Of a stretch of 20,000 nucleotides of DNA, positions 1-8,028 are shown in pieces (position 1 is the first letter of the stretch; each line of letters begins with the position of its first letter). The stretch comes from an uncultured virus (IMG/VR IMGVR_UViG_3300042731_005566) (taxonomy: Duplodnaviria > Heunggongvirae > Uroviricota > Caudoviricetes). A program made the translations under genes and the position numbers. The DNA lies in the IMG/VR virus record IMGVR_UViG_3300042731_005566; one strand, given 5' to 3'. The notes under the pieces were generated by a model. The model was given only the letters and a program-made list of their open reading frames with translations. It was not told the origin of the DNA and did no database searches.

Positions 1-32
1 CGTGCAATTGCCGCGGCCAAAGCTTTCTGCCA

Positions 33-287
33 CCCGAAATGCTAGCTCGATGGCTACTCAATCGAGACGCGTAGCGGAAGCCAGTTCGCTCCTCGGGGTG
101 CTCCCCGGAATGCTAGCTCGATGGCTACTCAATCGAGACCGTATCGAGCCGAGCCCGAAGGCGTTCGCGCCCCAGACCCGGAATGCTAGCTCGATGGCTA
201 CCCAATCGAGACTACAAAACGGGGCCAGCGGTGTTTTTCCGTGGCCGGCCCCCCGGAATGCTAGCTCGATGGCTATTCAATCAAGAC
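33..287 (+). CRISPR. CRISPR array, regular part: four 36-bp repeats with unique 35/37/39-bp spacers (may continue left of the window)
   Basis: Repeats at 33-68, 104-139, 177-212 and 252-287, consensus CCCGGAATGCTAGCTCGATGGCTACTCAATCGAGAC, with 0-2 mismatches each. Internal hairpin CTCGAT/ATCGAG and a 3' end of ...GAGAC. Spacers 69-103, 140-176 and 213-251 are unrelated to each other. Strand is inferred from the AC 3' end and from decay toward the right. Confidence 0.85.
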
Positions 288-319
288 GCCACGCCAGGAT
301 GTAGACACGGAGGACTGAA

Positions 320-652
320 ATGGGAATGAAACCGAGACCGAAGAAAAGAACGGATCCACAGGTCCGTGAAACGTTGGTGTCTGCCGCCGACCGATTGATC
401 GAGACTCTGGAAGACCTCCTACAACCATATGAGCGGGAAAAGGCGGAGGTGGTGATCAATGTGGCTCGGGAGGCTATTTACGAGTTGCAGTACGCCAATC
501 CGAACACCGAGATCGTACTCAAAAGCGTGCTACAGGCGTACCTGACGCCGGACGTCGGTATCTACCATTCCGGGTACGAAGCCGCCTTCACGAAGAAGTA
601 CGCCAAACTCGAAAAGATCATCAAGAAGGTCGTCGAGGCGACTGGCATGTAG
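320..652 (+). CDS. Hypothetical protein (110 aa) inserted inside the repeat array
   Basis: GGAGGA RBS at 309-314, natural helical-looking sequence, followed by a terminator. Confidence 0.75.
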   Translation: MGMKPRPKKRTDPQVRETLVSAADRLIETLEDLLQPYEREKAEVVINVAREAIYELQYANPNTEIVLKSVLQAYLTPDVGIYHSGYEAAFTKKYAKLEKIIKKVVEATGM

Positions 653-660
653 CAGCTTGA

Positions 661-694
661 ATGCTTCCTTGTCGGTCAGGGGAGCATCCCTTTT
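661..694 (+). terminator. Putative intrinsic terminator
   Basis: ATGCTTCCTTG-tcggt-CAGGGGAGCAT forms an 11-bp stem with two G-U pairs, followed by CCCTTTT, directly after the stop at 652. Confidence 0.6.
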
Positions 695-1254
695 CAATCG
701 AGACTTGAGCACCAAGGGCGACGACAATCATGCTAGCTCGATGGCTATTCAATCGAGACTTGAGCACCAAGGGCGACGACAACCATGCTAGCTCGATGAC
801 TATTCAATCGAGACCTCGGCCCCGCAACCAACGAAGACCCGGAATGCTAGCTCGATGACTACTCAATCGAGACGTCGGATTTGGGATCGAGGCTACCCAA
901 TCGAGACAGCCTAGCTCGTCTTTCGACGCGTCGAGATCGAACCCAGAATGCTAGCTCGATGGCTACCCAATCGAGACGCGAGCGACAACCTGGCGCGCGG
1001 TCTCAAAGTCGCGACCCGGAATGCTAGCTCGAAGATGATGAATCCGATGCAATTGAATCAGCCATGATCCGTGCTGGACTCATTTGGAAATGTGTCGAGT
1101 GCGGCTACAACAACGAACCAGACTACACTGCGTGCGATAACTGTGACAGAGAACGCGAGGACGGGTGTCCCGGAATGCTAGCTCGATGGCTACCCAATCG
1201 AGACGCCGTAGATCAACACCAGGTGGTCCCAGAATGCTGGCTCGATGGCTAGAC
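693..1254 (+). CRISPR. Degenerate continuation of the same array (full, truncated and internally deleted repeats)
   Basis: Repeat pieces at 693-704 (3' 12 nt), 730-759 and 785-814 (lacking 5' CCCGGA), 838-873 (full), 891-907 (3' half), 942-977 (full), 1015-1032 (5' half), 1169-1204 (full) and 1228-1254 (internal deletion). Spacers are 17-37 bp, and one is duplicated (705-729 = 760-784, 1 mismatch). Confidence 0.75.
1064..1252 (+). CDS. RanBP2/NZF-type zinc-finger mini-protein whose C-terminus reads through repeat sequence
   Basis: WKCVECGYNNEPDYTACDNC matches W-x-C-x2-C-x3-N-x6-C-x2-C exactly. No obvious RBS. Confidence 0.6.
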   Translation: MIRAGLIWKCVECGYNNEPDYTACDNCDREREDGCPGMLARWLPNRDAVDQHQVVPECWLDG

Positions 1255-1297
1255 GTGTCCGGGTCCGGCAGAAAACAAGAAAGAGGAGTTTAGTGAC

Positions 1298-1537
1298 GTG
1301 GACAGCGACGATCCGATCGTGGTGCGTGTGAAGAAGGCACGGTGGGAAACACTCGGGCTCGACATGCCTCGGGATACCTACAGTGTCATGGCGATTGAGC
1401 TACCGAGCGGTCGCCGCCTTGTAGCTATTGTTCCTTCTGGCATTGACGAAGCAGACGCCAGGTTTGCTGAACAGGAGCTGCGCAGCCTGGCCGATGTGAT
1501 CGCTGGATTTTTTGGTCCTGCATCGACGAATTCATAG
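1298..1537 (+). CDS. Hypothetical protein (79 aa)
   Basis: AGAGGAG RBS upstream of the GTG start; plausible composition. Confidence 0.6.
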   Translation: MDSDDPIVVRVKKARWETLGLDMPRDTYSVMAIELPSGRRLVAIVPSGIDEADARFAEQELRSLADVIAGFFGPASTNS

Positions 1538-1713
1538 CGCGTTTTTTTGGGTACTTCACGATGGTGGTATGGCACGCTAAAATCGCGTCCGCGATCATCG
1601 ACGTGAAGCTTGCACGCAGCATCAATTCTAGGTAAAAACGAGGTAGGACGCGTCCCTGTACTACTGCTCTCAACTCCTCGACGCGTGGGGAGCAAACCGA
1701 AAGACGAGAACGA

Positions 1714-2328
1714 ATGCCAGTTCCTCCCGTGAAGTCCACCGCGGCGTGGCTGTCAGCTCATGATGCTGCAAAGCTGCTCGACGTAACCCCTGACTACATC
1801 GCGAAGTTGGGGCGCTCAAAGCGTATCCGCAGCAAACGGCTCGGGCCGAACCGCAACGCTTACTCCAAAGCTGATGTTGCGAAGTTCGCCGCTCAGCGAA
1901 AGCCACGCAAGAAGCCACGCAAGAGGTCACGCAAGCCTGGATCGAACGGTGCCGCCGGCAAGCCTGGATCGAATGGTGCCATTGACACAGACCGGTGGGT
2001 TGACGTGGCTGAAGCTGCGCGGATCACAGGCCTGACCAAAGGCGGTGTGAACTGGGCTGCTAAGCAGGGGCGCATTCCTACCGTCAACATGGACGGCCAC
2101 CCGAGGCGTTATCTCTACTCGGCTGACGCCTGCGAAAACTACAAGCGCACGAACAACGGACCCAAAGCGCAAACGTCGAAGTCAGACCCTGCCACGCGGA
2201 TGGCACCGAAGCGCGCGCAGACTGCCATCCAGAAAGCACGCTGGGTGTTCGATGGAATCGCGATGGGTGCTATTACCTCTGAGAGCGAAGCTCTAGAACT
2301 TCTTCGCGGCATTCTCTACGAAGACTGA
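1714..2328 (+). CDS. Tandem excisionase/MerR-like HTH DNA-binding protein
   Basis: Two HTH_17-like units (WLSAHDAAKLLDVTPDYIAKLGRSKRI; WVDVAEAARITGLTKGGVNWAAKQGRIP) joined by a basic linker with a duplicated KPGSNGA. Confidence 0.75.
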   Translation: MPVPPVKSTAAWLSAHDAAKLLDVTPDYIAKLGRSKRIRSKRLGPNRNAYSKADVAKFAAQRKPRKKPRKRSRKPGSNGAAGKPGSNGAIDTDRWVDVAEAARITGLTKGGVNWAAKQGRIPTVNMDGHPRRYLYSADACENYKRTNNGPKAQTSKSDPATRMAPKRAQTAIQKARWVFDGIAMGAITSESEALELLRGILYED

Positions 2329-2342
2329 GAAAGGAGCGTACG

Positions 2343-2912
2343 ATGATCAAACTACGTGGACTGTCCTGGTCTCGTATCGAGAGTGCCTGGCACGGCATGC
2401 GAACACGCCGCGATACGGTCGCGTTGGAACGCGCACTCATTCTACGGCAGCTGCGAGACATGGCGCCGTGGACGGATCGCAAACGGTACGCGTCGCAGGC
2501 TGCGTACGACGAGCTGGCTGAGTACAGCTTTCACGACATACTTCGTCACCGTCTCTACGAGAACCCCAGAGAGGTCCGCAACACGTTGGCTGTGCTGGAT
2601 ACCTTCGGGGAGAAAGCCTTCCGACGCTACGGCCGCGCGGTGCTCGTCCGCATCCACAATCGCACGAGCAATCAACGCAAGCGGACGCGTGCGCTGCGTG
2701 AGCTGGACAAGATCATGCGGAAAGAGGATCGACCACCGTGCCCAACGACCGTGTCTCTGGTGCTCAACAAGATCGAGCCCGCCAAACGGCGCCCGAGCCA
2801 CATCGAGTTGGTTCGCAAACTCAAAGAACGTATTCGCGCGTTGGAGACGGAGAACGCGCAGCTCAAGCACAAACTGCGTACAGGACGCGCACGTAAACGC
2901 AAGGCGGCCTAG
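2343..2912 (+). CDS. Hypothetical basic protein with C-terminal coiled coil
   Basis: AAGGAG RBS; heptad-like LKERIRALETENAQLKHKL. Confidence 0.7.
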   Translation: MIKLRGLSWSRIESAWHGMRTRRDTVALERALILRQLRDMAPWTDRKRYASQAAYDELAEYSFHDILRHRLYENPREVRNTLAVLDTFGEKAFRRYGRAVLVRIHNRTSNQRKRTRALRELDKIMRKEDRPPCPTTVSLVLNKIEPAKRRPSHIELVRKLKERIRALETENAQLKHKLRTGRARKRKAA

Positions 2913-2927
2913 CCAGAAAGTAGTACT

Positions 2928-3470
2928 ATGAAGAAGCTCATGCAAACACTGGATGCCGAAGTTGATCGTCGCGTCGAGCAGCTGATCGAACGTTTGCGGC
3001 CGCAACTCCATCACCTCGTACGCACCGAAGTCGTCAACGCTCTCGCCTACACGGTCAAAGTAGATGCCGGGCCGATCACGCCGAAGCAAGCTCAGAAGAT
3101 AGTCACTGACGTCAATGCCACAGCAGCCATCACTTCGATACGAGGCATCGTAGAGACACCAAACGGTTGGGCGTGTGTTCACTGCGGCACGACATTCAAG
3201 ACCCAGCGAGCTGCTTCTATTCACGCACGTGCGTGCAAGCCCGAAGAGAAGCAGAAACCGCAAGGCTCACGTCGTGGCCCGCGCCGGGGCCCGCGTCGTT
3301 GCATCAAGCCAGGATGCAACGCACAAAGCAAGGGACCTCGTTTTCACCACCTCTGCGCAAAACACATCAACGCACCGAAGAAGCAGTGGCAAGCGTGGCA
3401 GAAGCAGGCACGGAAGCAGCCGCGAAAGAAAACACGTGCCGCGGCGACCACTGGACGGATAGAGGGATGA
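2928..3470 (+). CDS. Zinc-finger protein (C2H2/C2HC-like plus a C-x4-C...C-x2-H module)
   Basis: WACVHCGTTFKTQRAASIHARAC and CIKPGC...HLCAKH; very basic tail. Confidence 0.7.
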   Translation: MKKLMQTLDAEVDRRVEQLIERLRPQLHHLVRTEVVNALAYTVKVDAGPITPKQAQKIVTDVNATAAITSIRGIVETPNGWACVHCGTTFKTQRAASIHARACKPEEKQKPQGSRRGPRRGPRRCIKPGCNAQSKGPRFHHLCAKHINAPKKQWQAWQKQARKQPRKKTRAAATTGRIEG

Positions 3471-3871
3471 CGATGCCCGAAAGCTTCACTGACCCCATGG
3501 TCTACACAGAGGAATGGGCCGTCTGCGGGCGCCTCGATCAGCCTGTGACCGACTACATGAAGGACCCTAACAACCCCTGGAAGTGGAATCGTGGGCTCCT
3601 GGTTCGAGCGGGCGGCGTTGGAAGGCTTTGGCTCAGGGCGATCCCAGATCCACAGGGACGCCTCGACGGGTCAACTCCTCCAGAGGTCTCAGCCCACACC
3701 CGAGCGAAGCTTGCCGCCGCAGCTCCCTGCATGTTCCGCCTCCTGATGGACATCTACGAGAACCCTGACAAGGACTGGTCCCAGGAGATCACCAACGTTA
3801 CGCGCCGTGCTCTCGCAGGCCAAGGTTACTATTACTACCGTTGGAAGGAGCCCCGTGACCTCACCGAATGA
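3467..3871 (+). CDS. Phage-type hypothetical protein (start revised from 3167 to 3467)
   Basis: ATGA overlap with the previous stop. Contains RAKLAAAAP, a variant of the common phage 'ANARLIAAAP' motif. Confidence 0.65.
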   Translation: MTMPESFTDPMVYTEEWAVCGRLDQPVTDYMKDPNNPWKWNRGLLVRAGGVGRLWLRAIPDPQGRLDGSTPPEVSAHTRAKLAAAAPCMFRLLMDIYENPDKDWSQEITNVTRRALAGQGYYYYRWKEPRDLTE

Positions 3872-4271
3872 AGACCTGATAGAGCAGATCGCTGAAGTCA
3901 TCTATCGGCATGCTGGTGGAATCTGCCCTGAAGAGTTCGAGAACGTCTTCGGCAAGCCGCAGCGACACTGGAAGACCGACGCCCCTCGGGACACTCGCGA
4001 TGACGAACTGCAAGAGCATGAACGCGATGAGTATCGGCTCCAGGCCCGCAAGGTTGTTGAGACCGTCGCCTCCTACCTCTTACTCGATGGCAAAGACAAG
4101 CTCATGGTGACGTTGCGAACGAAGGCCGAGCGCGACCGCTACCGCAAGCATGTCGCCAAATTGCGCGGAATGCTCTACCAGTGGTTACTGGTGCCCGAGG
4201 ATCGTGATGCGCAACTGGAGCAAGAAACAAGCGCGTTGCTGGCTGAAACTGCCGACAAGGAGGCGCCGTGA
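3855..4271 (+). CDS. Hypothetical protein (start revised to GTG 3855)
   Basis: GAAGGAG RBS at about 3844-3850; in frame with track ORF 3807..4271. Confidence 0.65.
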   Translation: MTSPNEDLIEQIAEVIYRHAGGICPEEFENVFGKPQRHWKTDAPRDTRDDELQEHERDEYRLQARKVVETVASYLLLDGKDKLMVTLRTKAERDRYRKHVAKLRGMLYQWLLVPEDRDAQLEQETSALLAETADKEAP

Positions 4272-4340
4272 GCGCGATGAGGCAAGAACACGAAGTACGG
4301 CAACTGCGCAAACAGCTCGATACCTACAGAAAACAGCACA

Positions 4341-4523
4341 ATGTGTGACGCTCCGCTCTGCAACCGGCCCGCGCTCAAGTGGGATCTCTGCACTGCACAT
4401 CTCGTGCTGTTCTGCCATCTCCTCGACCGCCGAATCGAAATCCCAGAATTTGACCGGCTCATGTCGTTGCCTACTGAAACCATGCTACAGGAACTCAACC
4501 GGCGTTTTCAGGTGCCCCAGTAA
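4341..4523 (+). CDS. Small putative zinc-binding protein
   Basis: CDAPLC...LCTAH pattern; same orientation as the surrounding operon. Confidence 0.5.
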   Translation: MCDAPLCNRPALKWDLCTAHLVLFCHLLDRRIEIPEFDRLMSLPTETMLQELNRRFQVPQ

Positions 4524-4569
4524 AAGACCCGACCGTCATTACCACTCCAGATGGTTTCAGATTCGCGCG

Positions 4570-4785
4570 ATGAATAGGCACTGGTGCTGCATTTGCGGAG
4601 CGGGATTCGAGACGGCGGGCGGACTGCGGCGCCATCTTCGGAACGTTCACTCCGAGGATACGGTAACCGATCACTCCTTTCGAGCGATTCGCTATTCGCA
4701 CAACGGGCAACTACGAACAGGGAATTGCGCGATCTGCTATCGGCCCGCGCAATTGCACATGCGAGGTGAGCATGGAGACAGTTGA
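4570..4785 (+). CDS. Small C2H2 zinc-finger protein (start revised to ATG 4570)
   Basis: CICGAGFETAGGLRRHLRNVH canonical C2H2 spacing, plus CAIC...H. Confidence 0.65.
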   Translation: MNRHWCCICGAGFETAGGLRRHLRNVHSEDTVTDHSFRAIRYSHNGQLRTGNCAICYRPAQLHMRGEHGDS

Positions 4786-4942
4786 GTGCGCACGATGCCA
4801 TGGTCGGATCGTGGTGAACAAAGAACTATACTGGGCGGACGTCCCGAGCGTCGGCGTGCTTTGCAATGCGTGCCACGAACGATGGCTAGAAGGTGAGCTA
4901 GCGGAAACAACCGATCCAGCTGAGGTGAAGAACGATGGCTGA
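4772..4942 (+). CDS. Small zinc-ribbon protein (56 aa, below the ORF-track cutoff)
   Basis: Hand translation METVECARCHGRIVVNKELYWADVPSVGVLCNACHERWLEG...; GAGGTG RBS; overlaps both neighbours. Confidence 0.6.
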   Translation: METVECARCHGRIVVNKELYWADVPSVGVLCNACHERWLEGELAETTDPAEVKNDG

Positions 4943-5117
4943 TCCCGAATTCAAAGACATGACAGGAGAGCCACGTTCGGACGCAGAGCTGCAAGAAGCG
5001 GTCGAACGGCATCTGGTTCGCAGCATGAACAAGCTGATTGATGGAAGTGCCCGATTTGTTCATGGCGCTCACGACGATTCACGATGCGTTGCAAGAGCTG
5101 CTCGCGATTCGCGGTGA
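4935..5117 (+). CDS. Hypothetical protein, possibly frameshifted near 5038
   Basis: GAGGTG RBS. The +1 frame from 5041 (MEVPDLFMALTTIHDALQELLAIRG) looks more protein-like than the in-frame tail. Confidence 0.45.
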   Translation: MADPEFKDMTGEPRSDAELQEAVERHLVRSMNKLIDGSARFVHGAHDDSRCVARAARDSR

Positions 5118-5129
5118 GGGAATGAAAGG

Positions 5130-5801
5130 ATGCCGCTAGAGCTACGGCAAGTAAAGCGTAGTGTGTATTGCATGACCTATGTGCCCGCGTACGACGAGCC
5201 TCACCTCTGGTTGTGGTTGGGGTGGCGTAACACCCACTACGTGATGCGTTTCGCGTACGAACTCGTAGATCGCGAACTCGCAAAGTTGGACCGATTCGGG
5301 CGTAGACCGAGCAAGAGTCGCCGATGGCGCGGCGTGGGCATACGATCGAGGCATGTAAAAACGATACGTTCTGTGATGAAGTTCCTCCGCAATGCACATG
5401 CTCGCGCAGCGGATAACGCTATGCGGTTGTCCAATATGAGAAATAGTCGTCCCCGACCTGAAAGTGTAGAAATGGTCAGCGAACTGAAAGACGTTTTCTG
5501 GGCTCACCTATTAACAGGTCCAGACGCTTACGGTGCGCGAATCGCGGACCAACTATATCAACGACTCACGATTCCCGAAAAAGACCTCACCGAGGTCCAC
5601 CTTCAGTACCGCCTCAACGATCTCACCAACGGTCGAGGCAGCCAAATACATGATGTTGACGTCGGCTATGCTTGCTTGGCCGCTTGCGAGATAGGACACT
5701 GGGATATCGCGCGCGACATCGCCCTATCTGCTCTGGTGCACGATGATGAACATACGTTGGGTGAGATCCCCGAAACAAAACAGACCCACTCCCGAATATG
5801 A
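5130..5801 (+). CDS. Hypothetical protein (223 aa)
   Basis: Long ORF in operon orientation, overlapping the next gene. Confidence 0.65.
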   Translation: MPLELRQVKRSVYCMTYVPAYDEPHLWLWLGWRNTHYVMRFAYELVDRELAKLDRFGRRPSKSRRWRGVGIRSRHVKTIRSVMKFLRNAHARAADNAMRLSNMRNSRPRPESVEMVSELKDVFWAHLLTGPDAYGARIADQLYQRLTIPEKDLTEVHLQYRLNDLTNGRGSQIHDVDVGYACLAACEIGHWDIARDIALSALVHDDEHTLGEIPETKQTHSRI

Positions 5802-5991
5802 TCTGACTGTTGTGCAGCAAGCGCTCAGGTCAGCAATCGACATAGGCCGCTATGACGTCGCCCAACAGATCGTAGAGGAAGCGAAGGCTGATGTGTGCAT
5901 CATCTGCGGGACCGCGCTTGCCACCTGCTCAGTGCTTCACGCCGGAACCAATATGCAGCTCTGTGACGAGTGTGCCTCTGAGTGGCAGTAG
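5743..5991 (+). CDS. Small protein with C-terminal zinc ribbon
   Basis: CIIC...CDEC. Confidence 0.55.
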   Translation: MMNIRWVRSPKQNRPTPEYDLTVVQQALRSAIDIGRYDVAQQIVEEAKADVCIICGTALATCSVLHAGTNMQLCDECASEWQ

Positions 5992-6329
5992 CAATGGCTT
6001 GCGGTAGCTACAAACGGCACCGTTTCACCGAGCACGGATGTAAACGTGCTGCTTGTGTGCGCTGTGGTGCGCCGAACCCGAATTGGGAGATCGTACTTCT
6101 CGTCAAGCCCGCACGGCGCCCTTCCTGGTGGCCCAAGAACGGCAAGAAGGGCGCAGCCTGGGCTACCATCAACTGGGATGGCGAGTGGATACTCGGCTAT
6201 TCGATAGGTGTGGACTTCAAGAAACAGTTTCGGCGGTCGCAGGCAAGAGCTGCTCGGAATCTTTGGGAGGAAGAGTACGACTTCCGAAAGTGGGTCTTCA
6301 GGGAGGTGCTAGGTCGAACGTCTAGCTAG
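5982..6329 (+). CDS. Hypothetical Cys/His-motif protein (alternative start ATG 5994)
   Basis: C...H...C...CVRC N-terminal cluster; Trp-rich basic remainder. Confidence 0.55.
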   Translation: MAVAMACGSYKRHRFTEHGCKRAACVRCGAPNPNWEIVLLVKPARRPSWWPKNGKKGAAWATINWDGEWILGYSIGVDFKKQFRRSQARAARNLWEEEYDFRKWVFREVLGRTSS

Positions 6330-6362
6330 AAGCCGAGCAGTCAATGCAGTACCATCGTGGGC

Positions 6363-6803
<441 letters not shown>

Positions 6804-6822
6804 CCCTGCTGGCGCCCACAAA

Positions 6823-7107
6823 CTAGTCAGCATCTCCATTACCATCGCTTGGTGGCTTGGGTTTGTTGATCACCGTCAGGCCAGGCAGTTTCAAGGGCTC
6901 ATCAAGCGTCGCGACGCTGGCGAGTGCACGTGACAGTCGCATGGCTTGTGGAATCGTCAAACTTAGCTTGCGGCGCTCCGTCCACTTCTTGGTGACTGGC
7001 TGGACGATAGCGATGATGACCTCCTGATTGCCGTTTTCACGCACTACGTAGAGCGCGTGACCGTCGCCGAGGTCAATACGTACGCTATTTCGGCCGTAAG
7101 GCACCAC
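6823..7107 (-). CDS. Hypothetical protein (94 aa)
   Basis: TGT-TAGACT extended -10 just upstream on the - strand; beta-rich then helical pattern. Confidence 0.6.
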   Translation of the reverse strand: MVPYGRNSVRIDLGDGHALYVVRENGNQEVIIAIVQPVTKKWTERRKLSLTIPQAMRLSRALASVATLDEPLKLPGLTVINKPKPPSDGNGDAD

Positions 7108-7157
7108 GTGCAGTCTAACAGATGATCGCGGACAGGATCTCGTGATAGTGTGGCTTT

Positions 7158-7802
7158 ATGCTCTTCTACGCACACAACTCACAAGGCCTCGGCGCGGTGC
7201 TCATCGAGGGCACGAACTACAAATGCGGCGCGAAGCTCTGTTACGGAGTCGATGGGGCCACGAACACGCATAGGCTGTTTCAGGATCTGCAACAGGCTGC
7301 CAACCAGGTCGCCGCACTCTTCGGGTTGGCGCCCATCGCTGTCGATGGACTCATCGGTGTCAACACCGTAACGCTCATCCGGGAGATCGCCGCACGGGTA
7401 CCTGCCGCAACCGGTGCGCTCGGGCAAGCTCGGGGAGCCTTTAGCAAGGAAGTCGCAGCCAAGACTGCAACTGAGTTGACTACTCAGTTGAAGGCCCTCC
7501 TGGTGCCTCGCCCCGTCGCGACACCTTCCACGTCTCAACCGTCACCTACTGTACTCACCCCGACAACGACTGCACCGGCACAGTCCGGGGCCTCTCCCAT
7601 GACCACGCCTGCTGCACAAGCCACGACGTCTGCGCCATCAACACAGGCGACGACGCCAACGCAATCAGCAGCAGCTGCGATGACATCAATGACACCCACG
7701 CCCAAGAAGACTCCAGTACTTGCCATCGCCGGAGTCATCGGCGGAGTTGCACTCCTCGGAACGATCATCGCAGTTATCGCCGTGAGGCGCAGCGGTCACT
7801 AG
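7158..7802 (+). CDS. C-terminally anchored membrane protein with a peptidoglycan-binding-like motif and a Thr/Pro/Ser stalk
   Basis: LQ...VDGLIGVNT resembles the PG_binding_1 'DGxxGxxT' motif. T/P/S/A linker; TM segment VLAIAGVIGGVALLGTIIAVIAV followed by RR. Confidence 0.7.
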   Translation: MLFYAHNSQGLGAVLIEGTNYKCGAKLCYGVDGATNTHRLFQDLQQAANQVAALFGLAPIAVDGLIGVNTVTLIREIAARVPAATGALGQARGAFSKEVAAKTATELTTQLKALLVPRPVATPSTSQPSPTVLTPTTTAPAQSGASPMTTPAAQATTSAPSTQATTPTQSAAAAMTSMTPTPKKTPVLAIAGVIGGVALLGTIIAVIAVRRSGH

Positions 7803-7940
7803 ACCGTTGTCAAGGCTTCACGCCTGACTTCTGCGTTTCTTCTCCTCACTCACGGACAAACAATAGGTTCCACCACGTGTCGCGCGGTTAGCTGATCGCG
7901 GCCGCGATTTCTTCGTCGCGTATGACAACGGACAGTTTCT

Positions 7941-7962
7941 TGTCAGGCCGCGATGCTAGTAT
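7941..7962 (+). promoter_or_regulatory. TGTCA-class promoter upstream of nrdJ
   Basis: TGTCAGGCC-GCGA-TGC-TAGTAT; aligns with three other intergenic copies. Confidence 0.55.
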
Positions 7963-8028
7963 GGCCTGCGTCGGGGCGGCACCGAGGCGCCCGACGTTTG
8001 AGCCCTACACAACCGAGGACGGAGACTC

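Noticed and set aside
2..304. 100-aa ORF with repeated RNASSMATQSR
   Set aside because: Translation of the CRISPR repeats and spacers; no independent coding evidence.
1931..1980. 23-bp direct repeat (27-bp period)
   Set aside because: In-frame duplication of the KPGSNGA linker within the HTH gene; not an att site or regulatory repeat.
7803..8028. NrdR box or cobalamin riboswitch upstream of nrdJ
   Set aside because: No match to the ACACxATATxxxGTGT-type NrdR palindrome, and no recognisable B12-box elements.
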